Assembly: GCA_000708835.1 (NCBI GenBank)
Contig: DF237009.1
Coordinates: forward strand, 186,001 to 250,000
DNA from: Klebsormidium nitens
Lineage: Eukaryota; Plantae; Klebsormidiophyceae
Length of the DNA stretch: 64,000 nt
Direction of reading: 5' to 3'
Made by a program: the position numbers and the translations under genes. The notes beneath the pieces are model-generated. The model searched no databases and was not told the DNA's origin. It saw nothing but the letters and a program-made list of their open reading frames with translations. Positions 51,101-61,407 of this stretch are shown one piece after another (the stretch's first letter is position 1; each line of letters opens with the position of its first letter).

Positions 51101-54100
51101 GGCCCTGCTTCCGGAAGAAACGACTTCCAACAATGCGCACGACATTTCGATCCTTCCACGATGGACCACCGAAGAGATGGACACCTAGAGGAGGGTCCTG
51201 ATTCGCAGCATGGGCGAAACGATTCGTGGTAGTAGAACAACTACCGGCAATAGACTCAACACTCCCTGATCGCAAAACCAGTTGCAACCTTTGGCTCACC
51301 GTGGGCAGCACAAAATTGAGAACCGCCATCGGGTACTGCAGGCTGTTGAACGCGCGGTATGTCTCGTTGAGCAGCTTCCCGACTTTGGGCATCTCCACGG
51401 GGCGCCCGTTCACGAACAGAAACTGCCGGTCGCCTGACGCGCGGCCGCAGCCCGCGCCGGCCTTGGACACGAACCTGAACGAAGAAATCGACAGGCTCAA
51501 TTTCGGGCGACCATGCGCTCACAATTAGGCAATGCGGGACTGGGGTTGCTGTGTCGAATTATGCGTCGATTGTATGAAATTGACCATTTATGTACGAATA
51601 CTGGCGGTCGCCCGACGCGCGGCCGCAGCTCGCGCCAGCCTTCGACACGAACCTGCACGTGGACGAGAAAGTGTCAGTCGTATCTGATGAGATAGCTTTG
51701 CGAACTTCGCTCCATCCGACTGCAAAATGAGTCTCTAACATCTACTCTCGCGGCTTAGCCCGCACATTACTTCTCTATGGAAAAAGAAACTCCACACTTA
51801 CCCACAACTTTCGTGGAGGTCCCCGTTCGCACCTCAATGGCTCCAGGTGGCCGCGGGAATCGGCCCAAAGCACAAAAACAGAAGCAATACTTGCAAGGTC
51901 GTGAACAAGAAGAGCACTAGAAAGGAGCAAGTTCAAATTCGTGATAACTTACTCGAAACCTTTGTGCAAGTCCCAAATCGCAACCTCTACGTGGCCCAAA
52001 CTTGCGGCAAATTTAGTTTCGAAGCACACAGAGGAAAGTTGACATTTCAAGCTCTTGGGGGCTGAGAAGCACCAAAATGAGCAAAGCAAAGAAGTCTGCT
52101 TCATCTCACCCGGTGACTTTGTACAAGCCCCGAGCGCCGCGTTTATGGGCTCCAAACTGACGCAAACTTGGTCCCAATCCTTACGACGGAACCGAAGCTT
52201 CCAAGCTCAAACACTAAAACAGCATCAGATTGAGCAATGCCTGAAGTTTTATTTCTTCCACCCAATAGTGTATGCGAGTCCCCGATCGCCACCTCTATGG
52301 GCTCCAGGCTGGCCGCGAACTCAATCTTAGATCCGAAAGATGGAAACTTCCGCTAGGATAAAAGGAAAGGCTTTGTTTTCCTTACCCAGTAACTTTGTGC
52401 GAGTCCCCAATCGCCACCTCAATCGGCTCCAAACTGGAGGCAAACTTGGTCCCGAACACGGTGACAATGTTGTCCCGGACGCTGCGGCCGCCCTGCGTCT
52501 GAATGACGGTGCTGCGTCCGGCGGACCCAGCTTGGTTTGTGCAGATGAGCCGGACGTCCGTAGAGATCAGAGCGTACGCCTGGAAGCATAAAGAAGGATA
52601 ACATGACTTCGGACGCCCGGCTAATAGTAATCGTGGGAGCAGAAGAAGGAAGATGGTACTGCCTCCGGCGGACCCAGCCTGGTTCGTGCAGATGAGCCGG
52701 ACGTCCATGATGATCAGAGCGTACGCCTGGGAGCAGAATGAAATAACTTCCGGACGTCCGTAGAATGCAAAGCGTAAGCCTGGGAGCATACAAAGAGAGT
52801 GGTGGGGCCAGCGGATCCGGCTTGGTTCGTGCAGATGAGCCGGACGTCAATGGATCTCAAATTGTACGCCTGGGAGATATCAAGCGCTTGCCAAGATTAC
52901 AGAACAAAAGAAACTGATCATAGCTTGGGATGGGAGCAAGACTTTCAAAATGCAAAAGCTACACGGTTTTCAAATCGTGTCTGAAATTCTTGCATGATTT
53001 CTGACGCAACCTCGTCAAGCAGCAATATTTTGGAGCAGAAGGTTGGCATGAGACCCGGAACATCCGGATCGATTGAGCGTCCGCCTGAAGGCATAAAAAG
53101 GACGATATGAGATCCGGACGTCCGAGGAACCTAAAGGCGTACACCTTCGAGCGGAGCATAAGAAGGATGATCAGATTCGGAAGCCCGTAGAGAATCAGCG
53201 TACACCAGTGAGCATAACAGATGATTTGAGATACAGACGTCCGAAGAGATTGAGGACGACTGAGCTCCTCGCGGAAAAGCACTTGCTCTCGCTCCATACG
53301 TTGGGGTTAGAGCCCAATCGGAATACGTGAGCGCACCTGGAGCAGCGTCAGCAGTTTCCCATACTCGCGCTTGACGTTGCGCGTGAACTCGCGGTGGCGC
53401 ACCGGCAGCGGCGAGAAGAGCTTGCCCACCGCCACTGTCGTGCCCACAGCGCGCGCCACCTTGCGCGAGCTCGCCACGCGGCCGTTGCGGTCGAACACGA
53501 GCTCCGTCGCAACGGGCTCCGCAGCAGTCCTGAAAGAATACGGTCTTCGAAATCATCATCCGCGAACCTCGGTGATAAGCAGTAACGCAAAAGCAGGCTT
53601 CTGGGCGAGGTACACACTTGCGGGTAAGGAGTGATGGGGCCCAGTCTGCCAAGGGATTGATGACAAGGAGATTGCAACCGAGTCCTTAGCAATACTGGAA
53701 GCGAGAGTGTCAAGTGAGGCGATGTTGGAAGCTGACTAAGGTTTGTTGTCCTCCATGTACTGCCACTTCCAACACCAAACTGTCAGGAAATGTGTCAAGA
53801 AAGTCCGCCCAAGCAGCCTTGATCTGTGCCACTCAGAAGAACGAGGCCTTCAGGCCTTTCAATATCCCCAAAGTTGCGCAGTGCAGCTCAAGGCATGCGA
53901 TCAGACCCCTGGTCGGACGCCCGTTTTTGAAGACATGCCACAAGCCCCAGACCCAATCATATGCCAAAACGCTTGTATTTGGAGTTCTCATGATCAGAAC
54001 TTTGAGTATCCTGAAGAGCTCAAACCGCAAGATAGCTTGCCTCGTTGTGATGGTGACATCAGCAAGCGCACACAGCGAGCTCAGCGCCTCCCCACGGAAG

Positions 54101-55186
54101 CCAAATGTGGCAAGCGACGTCAGGTCTGAGAATGTAGAAATCTTGGACGTGTGGTACTTGAGGGCCAAGCCCGCATGGTTTTCGGGCGCCACGCCGCAGC
54201 CATTGTCCGCGACTTCAATCAGCTCGGAGCCGTACTCTTTCAATCGGATGTCGATGTTTCGTGCTCCGGCGTCGAGGCTGCAACAGGGGACCAAAGCGCT
54301 ATTACCAATGAAGCTGATACTGGGTTAAAGTTCGATGAAAAAACTCGATACCGTACTTTGTCAAGCGGATGTCGATGTTTCGCGCCCCAACATTGAGTCT
54401 GCAGACGAGAGCCAAATGAGGTGATGGACGAAGTAGAGGCTGTGTTTGGATCCTGACAGAATCATGGCCTTTGCGGGGCGCTTGAACAACCAGTGACCGC
54501 AGTAAGCTATTCTCTCTGCAAATTTCCACCTTGGAGCCATGCTCGTGCAGGCAAACTGTAAACTTCACGACCTGGTGTCAGGGCTGCCCTGAGGAGAGGG
54601 ACAGGGATGTTAGCGGGAGGGATTTGCTTGATGAGGTATTAGCCAAAAGGCATTGCAATAATGCATTTGCTTCATCAATTGACATCAGAGAGCACAAAAT
54701 CGATGAAACTCTATCCTCGAATCTCTGAGAGTGCTTTCCTTGTGGGGGGATGCACAACTGTGCAGCCGGCCATCAAGCAGGAGGATAAGAGTCCTCAAGA
54801 AACAGAAGGGCAGCTTACACTGTCTGTCTGTTGGGCATCATCCTCGCTCTATGTGGCAAAACCCAGACCCACAATTCAGCTATTGTCAGACTTTTTCAGT
54901 CATAAATGACCAACATTTATGAGCTTCCAAGTAGCTCATAACAGCCACTCTCACCAAACATCTCTCTTTGAGAAGACCTCAACGATTGCAGTGATCCGGG
55001 ACCTGCGCCGAAGAAGCTGTTGATGAAATCAAAAACAATAAAGCAGCAGCGTGCTTCTCACCTGTTTTCCACAAGCTCTTTGACGGCCGTGGCTAGGTCG
55101 AGCACCACCTGCCCCGAACAGATTCGATGCACCGCTGCCTTGTCAATCGGCTTGATAGCACCACCCTGATGGCTGCCTCCTGCCAT
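45179..55186 (-). CDS. PMS2: MutL-family mismatch repair endonuclease PMS2 (plant/yeast PMS1), ~1125 aa, 10 exons
   Basis: complement(join(55186..55062,54277..54041,53529..53337,52579..52386,51474..51300,50595..48743,47561..47351,47039..46928,45987..45809,45277..45179)). GHKL motifs [40 protein letters not shown]; DVNVTPDKR; endonuclease motifs [31 protein letters not shown]. Intron 2 has a GC donor. Confidence 0.96.
46780..46900. repeat. Degenerate telomere-like hexamer tract (cctaca/cctaaa/cctgaa) in PMS2 intron 8
   Basis: ctacacttacacctacacctacacttacacctaaacctgaacctgaacctagttcaccctaagcctaagg. Confidence 0.6.
48458..48617. mobile_element. G-rich telomere-like core element, copy B, with 30-bp inverted arms (PMS2 intron 6)
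   Basis: aaaataataggaagccgagataatagtaag (48458-48487) pairs at 27/30 with cttactattatcttggcttactattatctt (48588-48617); core ctgggacgggtagagttagtttggtgataagggtgggtatgggtgcggagcgggtg...gggttagggtttttag. Confidence 0.72.
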
Positions 55187-55458
55187 GGACCTGACTTCTT
55201 TTTGAAGAATGACTACAATTCGCTACAAGTCTGCAGCATTGCAGCGACCTGGCCAACCTACTCAGCGACGTGCACTGCTTTGCCCCAACTCTCAAAATTC
55301 TTCCCTACTCAAAACTCTAAAGGCTGATGTCTCACGCCAAACTACAATGAACTTTGCACTTTCCTCTACCCAAGGAGAGCTCTGCCCTTGCTTCCCCATT
55401 CAGACTTCAGTTCAGCCTTCAAGTTCCTCCATGGAATCAATGCAGGAAGAAATCAAAG

Positions 55459-55470
55459 TTGGCGCGCCAT
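55459..55470. promoter_or_regulatory. E2F-like site upstream of PMS2
   Basis: ttggcgcgccat resembles the TTTSSCGS/GGCGCGCC E2F element, about 275 nt upstream of the PMS2 ATG; motif match only. Confidence 0.3.
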
Positions 55471-56472
55471 TTCTACTGACTGCGCGTTCAAGCGCGCGCT
55501 CATATAACAGGCGGCCGCGTGAGTGGCCCGTAGCGCGCGGACGGAGGCTAAATGCGCCGCCGCGCCGCGCGGCACTGACTCGAATTTTGTCGCGGCCGGC
55601 CGGCCGCGTCCGTTGACCTCGAAGACGTTGCACTGGCAAAGTTCGAACGTCTTGCATGTCGAAAGTCTGCGGAGCGGTCTCCGCAGGTCTTCTCTTCCAC
55701 GTGCGAGCCATGGCTGCTCTGCAAAGTCACCCTTGTCAAAATTTCAGACACCTCCCGCAAGATCGCCTCGTGCGCTTGTTGTGGCTGCCCTTTCGTCGCT
55801 CAGGATTCTGGTCACAGGGAAGTGTGTGGTCCGCTTTCAACCACGACAGTCCAATGTAAGTATCTGCTCGTCAATCATCAAGTAATCTTACTTGCTGAGT
55901 GACGTTTTAGAGCCTTATCCGCTTCGTATTCTCTCTTCCGAAGAATATTCTCTGCCTTATTAGAGAGTTCTTCAATCATACTGGAGACCAAGCTGTGCTC
56001 ATTTCAAGTTCCCTCGAGCTCAGAAGTCGGCTTTCGGTATCTTTCGGCAAGCAGAAGACCTTCCCTTCTGCAGGGACGCTGAGCAGGTCTCGAAGAAGAC
56101 GGCCTGGCGAAGTGGCAACTGAAATGCACACTGGCTGCGCCAAGCTGCTCTCTTGTGCGTGCTGAGGCACTATGGCAGTGCAGCAAATCCGGGAGAAAGT
56201 CCTTCTAGAGCGGCTCTGCGGTGACGCTGGCTGAAGAAGCTTCGTTTTGGTAACTCTTGGAGAACAAGCTCCAAAAAGGTTCCGAGCGAAATTTGCAGAA
56301 AGCCTATCAGATTCCTGTGTTGCTTAACAGGAAAAGACTTCTTTGTTCACAGCAGGACAGACCATTTTTGGAAGAAGGTGCTTGTGCTGGCAAGGTCTTG
56401 ATTGAGGTTTGGGAAAGAACAAGTAAGGGGCCTGCAAGGCTCTACTCAAACAGTTGGGAGCTTCTTCCGTGC

Positions 56473-59400
56473 ATGGCTGATAGGACGTTTGTGTATGAAG
56501 CCACTCCAATAAAGAGACTCAATCTCGAAGAGCAAAGCCCCAGTGGGAAGCATGGAGCCGTACAAAGGCAAAGGTCGAGAAGCGAGGGAGACACCGAAGT
56601 CTTGGGGCCAAGGTTTGCTGCTAACCAAACGGTTAGGCTTCCGAGACCCTCCCTTGGGGAGCGCAGCGGAAGGAGGGAGCTTCCTGAGGTAACCCGTTTC
56701 CTAACCCGGTCCTGGGAGGCCATTCTGGAGTCTGACAGGGAGAACAAGGAGGGTTTGAAAAGGATCTCTGGGGTTGTTAAGCCACGAACTCTGAGGCGAC
56801 GATCTCGAAGCTTGGGTGACGCAGATGGAGCCAGTCTTGCCAACAGATGGGGTTCGCTGCTTGGGGGGGCTCCCAGCAGTGCCAAGAGGACCCCCCGGGG
56901 AAGGTCTCTTAGCGAGGCAGACTCGCCTGTGCTGAAAAGGAACCAGACGTTTCCGTCGTTTTTTGGGCGGGGGGACGAGTCCAGTAGCAGGGGAAGGCGG
57001 CACTCGACCGGGGAATGGAAACCGGGGTCGGAAGGGGAGGGTTTGGTTCAGGGGGGTGCGGATCTGGGAGGAAAACCAGGGAGTGCTCGGTTGACTTCTT
57101 TGAAGCTCGCGGCGTTTGATGACGTCCTTCCCCAAAGTGAGAGCAGTGAGGAGAATGAGCCCGGAAAGGCGCGGCGAGCCTTGGCAAAGGCTGGAGCCTA
57201 CTTGAGTAAGTTGTGATGTTCTACTCTGCCATGAGCTACGTAACTTTCTTCCGAAAGAGTGTGTCTTTCTGGAGCTGCATCTCTGCAGCAACGTCGTCGT
57301 CGTCTCGTTCCTAGGACGATCAAGACAGACGCACTTCAATTCTTCGGAGTTCGGCGTGCTTCGAGAAAGCTTTCTTTGCCGTGCTGCTTCTGCATTTTAG
57401 AGCTTGCCTTTCTTAGATCAGTTCCGGAAGATTGGGACCAACTCTAGTTGGTGAAGCTCGTAGTCGTCCAACCAAATTTCCGCAAGGCGACGCGATATTG
57501 CTGCACCCATTGCTTAGACGATTCGCTGTCTAGACGCGTTTCGTAAAGCTAGAAGCTGATTAGATGTTAACTCTCGGCTCCAGTTAAACACAAGGTGTCT
57601 TCGCCTCAAGATCTCAACCTGCATAATCACTTCGTTCGGTTGCCTTGGAATTTACCACTTATAACATAGGCTTCTGACAAAGGACTCTTATACATTGCCT
57701 GGCTCTTTTAGTCTCTGCAGATTGTCTAAGACGACCAAACGCTGCACACTTCGCCGTTTTCTGCTACCTCCTTGACACTAGTTTCTTTTCGCAGAGGACG
57801 CGGCTACTGTGACGGTCTCCGCCGGTGTCTGGTCATGCGGCGACCAGTTGCTCCAGCACCTAGTGTTCCACGGAACCGGGCGCTCGGTCAGGCAGCAAAT
57901 GCAGTTACTAATGGCGGGAAAGGTTGGGGGAAGGGTTAGCGTCCAAACCCGGGTGCCCCTCGCGATCGGCCGGGACATGCTCGCCAACGCCTTCTCAATT
58001 GCCACGTAAGCAGTGGAAAGGCGACTCAGTAATTGCCTCTTTCAAATTTGTTTTTCTTTAATTGTCGTATTTTGTTTCCAGTTATTTTCTTTTCCTTCTG
58101 TCTTTTCGAGAAGGGGCATCGTGTCCTGCAAACAGGGGAGAAGGACGCGAGATCGTTTCGCGAGGAGAATGTGGTTGATGGGCGATGGAGTGTTGGCAAG
58201 TCCACTTGTGTCTGCCATTCCGCGGGTTGCGAAAACGAGAAGTGAAAGTTTCGCAGAAGGAAAGGTTGAAGTAGCCCTTTGACGTCGACCACCAGGCGAC
58301 AGCAAAACGCCTGGACAACTCACTTCTCAGGAGTTCTACACAATCAGCCGTAAGCAAAGAAAACCGCAGTACTTTCTGCTCGTGTACCATATCCATCCCC
58401 ATCCGTTCTCGTGTTTTGTCAAACTGAATCTCAGACTAACGTTTGTTGATTTGTGCAGGTTCGACTTTCTGTCCTCGCGCGGTGCCCCCCAGATGGTGGC
58501 CAGCACGGCGGGCACTTTCTCCGCGAGCGCAGTCACGGTCCCCGCCTGGCACCTCTCCTACCTCCTCCAGGTACGTACCGGGACGTTCGCAGGTTCGAAG
58601 TCCGCAAACATCTATTAGACGCGTATCTTTTGATACCGAAGGTACAAAAAAGCGGGATGAGGTGGGGGAATAAGAGGGCGATTGCGAATTTGGCATGCAT
58701 GTTCAGTCCTGCGATAAGGGCAACTCTATCGAAGAGAGCGAAGCTGGGAAAGCGCATGACTCGTACGCGACTCTGCTTGAGCCGTTGCTCGGAACGTCAG
58801 TCGCTCGGAGTTGACGGATTCGAGCGTCAATCGATCCGTCTAGCTCGTGCCATTCCTGCGCATGAGCTTTCTTGATTGATAAGCTTGTCGATACGAATTG
58901 AAGAGGGATCATCCTACGGACCAGAACCAGACACCTTTCGCCTTTAGTTATTCCTCCCACGTAGTCCCTCACAGCTGTGGAATATTTTCGCTTGTCCGCC
59001 CGCTAACCTTGTTCATCTTTCTGGACCAGAGCGGCTGTCCCGCTTGCCTCCCCACTAACTCTTTCTTAATCTGGTTATCTTGCAGACCGGCGCGGCTTCG
59101 ACTCCGCGGCAGGCCTGGGACCTGTTCATCGAGTCACAGGGCATCGAGGGACTCTTCTCGGGCCTGGTTCCAACCGTCGTCAGAAGCATCCCGACGAGCT
59201 TCGTGATGGTAGGTTTCATTCCAACGCTTCAGTGCAGAACTTTCGCCGTTGAAAACGATGCAAACTTTGTTTTCCCTGAGAATTGAGGGAATGGGTCGAA
59301 ACATCTACGCTACTTTTCAGCTTCTTGTGTACGCTCTGTCTCGAGGAAACAAAGGCTTTTACGTACCAGTCCGACGGTACGTAACGGTTCAGCACCTGGA

Positions 59401-60121
59401 GCATGTCACACGATCCGCGTTCATTCCGCTTATTACATGAATGTAGAGTTGATTTGGACCTTTTACGTCCCTATATGAGATCAATTAACGCAGTAACACA
59501 GTCGTTGGAACTGGTTTGCTCAGTTATGGCTCGACCTTTTTCTTTCAGAGCGGCACGCACGCTGCCCTCAAGCGGCTCCTCGCGAAAGCCAAGAAGAGCG
59601 ACCAGACGAACCTGCTCGACGTCTTCCTGCTCGGCGCCGCGGCCGGCTTCGCGTCCTCCGTGACGTCACTCTCGATCGACGCCGTCAGCAAGTCGGTGCC
59701 GACGCTCATCCTCAAGCGCGCGCCCGCGAGCGTGGTCGCGCTTGCGCTCGAGCGCGCGGCTCGCCACGTGGCGGCCCAAACCCTGTCCAAGGGGATTCTG
59801 GTGGGAATCGGCACCACCGGGCTGTCGTACGTCGTGGATGACGTCACGGGGAAGCTGCTGCAGAAACTAGAGGAGCGGGTAGTCAGCCCGCCACGTGGGC
59901 GCATCTCCACCGACCTCAAGTCGTTGGCGGTACAGAGGGCGCTGGACCACTCTGCGGGCGCCACGTGGCAGCATCACGACGGCCAGGACGGTGGCCATGG
60001 CCACGCGGACGCACGAAGTCCGTTCCAGATGCCGGACGTTGACGTCATGGGCGGTCATCATATGCATAGGGACTTCGCGGAGGCCCATAGTTTGGCGAGG
60101 CCCATAGCCGTAGCGGCTTAA
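56473..60121 (+). CDS. Divergent mitochondrial carrier (SLC25)-like membrane protein with a long basic disordered N-terminus (~583 aa)
   Basis: join(56473..57205,57795..58005,58459..58570,59086..59208,59549..60121); phases are consistent. Carrier-like segment QAWDLFIESQGIEGLFSGLVPTVVRSIPTSFVMSGTHAALKRLL...FLLGAAAGFASSVTSLSID. The start codon is uncertain (56257 possible). Confidence 0.65.
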
Positions 60122-61301
60122 AGGTCAAGTCCACGGAGCATGATGGCCGTGAAAGCTGGTCACTAGTCTAGAAGATTGTAAGAGAGTGGGGAAACGGTTC
60201 AAGTCGAGCGAAGTTGTAGGATATTTTCTCATCAAAGAGAGGAAAGCTGTAAGATTGTATTAGCACGGTGGTGCACCAGGATTGTCTAAGAAGCAACGGA
60301 ACATTGAGGTTCGGTATATCAGAGTCGGTTATCGTTCCATTTCAGAAGAAGGATAAAGGAGAAAACCCCGCAACCGCATTGGTTGCATCAATTTTGGACT
60401 CGTAGTGCAACAACTTCGCTCAGGTTGAGAGAGAGATCATTAGGATTAAAGACTTGGAACGTCATAGCGAGGTCTTCAGAAGACCGCTTGCGGTGACATG
60501 CCATTGAGTTGGCTTTCTTCCTCGCGTCATATGTGTGGAATGTTTCCATTTCTGCACTGGCAGTACGCACAAATAGGCACATGACTGGTTTAGGGCCAAG
60601 CTTGGAAGCCTTCTGGCTTGCAAGCTATACGTGACTTCAAAGGAGTCCGATCAGCAGGGAGCCATCGACTTGCTGAGATCTTCACCTGCAAGTACCCTCT
60701 GTGCGTACTTTTACTTACAAAACGGAGCCCAGAGTTGAGTGCTTACAATTTTCTCATATTGCAGGTCAAAGCCGTTCCCGTGCTACATCAAATGTTCGAT
60801 TGCAGTCGGACAATTAATTTGTATCCGCGCACTTTCGTCAGCCTACATGCATGGGCTAGCCTTCAGGAAAGACGATTTCTTCTCGTCAGCGGGCCTCATC
60901 TTCTTGACGTGCTTTGCCGTAAGCTTACTGGCCAAATCTGCAAGATCAGCCTAGCCTAGTTGGATCGATTGTCGAGGGGCCGCTCGATCCAATTGTCAGT
61001 CCGCTTCCGTCTTGGAAGATCTTTCGTAGCTTCGGATTACATGTTATTGTTGCTGCCTTAGCGGTGTCGTATTCTTCCTGAGCAAGAAGACTTTTGGAAA
61101 CCTTTTTGCAACCTGCTGATGCTTCTCTTGACAAGCTACTGTTAGTCGTCTTGATAATGTGGAAACAATAGCATGTGTTGAGTTTCGCACGTACCATGCA
61201 GCCGCCGAATTCAGTTTCGCATCCGTTTTGATTGAACACCAATTGTAAGAAGCCCCAGGGCGCTCTTTACATCTTACATCTATCTCAGCCTTAGCAGTTG
61301 C

Positions 61302-61407
61302 TCGTAGCAACTATGGCGCACAGCACGCAAAGATGCAGGGAAGCTACAGGCGGTTCGTAGCAACTATGGCGCACAGCACGCAAAGATGCAGGGAAGCTAC
61401 AGGCGGT
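61302..61407 (+). repeat. Perfect 53-bp tandem duplication over the BTB start codon
   Basis: tcgtagcaactatggcgcacagcacgcaaagatgcagggaagctacaggcggt occurs twice; the first copy forms the uORF MAHSTQRCREATGGS* (61313-61360). Confidence 0.95.

Larger units (their letters stand above)
46578..54412 (-). repeat. Exon-edge echoes distributed through PMS2 introns
   Basis: Acceptor echoes: 54350-54412 (exon 2), 52660-53262 (at least 7, exon 4), 51590-51660 (exon 5), 50660-50765 and 50810-50925 (exon 6), 47640-47720 (exon 7), 46578-46620 (exon 9). Donor echoes of exon 4: about 52260-52320, 52105-52180, 51950-52020, 51795-51870. Confidence 0.92.

Noticed and set aside
59318-59440. Extra exon in the carrier-like gene (cag|LLVYALSRGNKGF...)
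   Set aside because: Skipping it gives the expected carrier helix (TSFVMSGTHAALKRLL); it runs to a stop and lacks a good in-phase donor.
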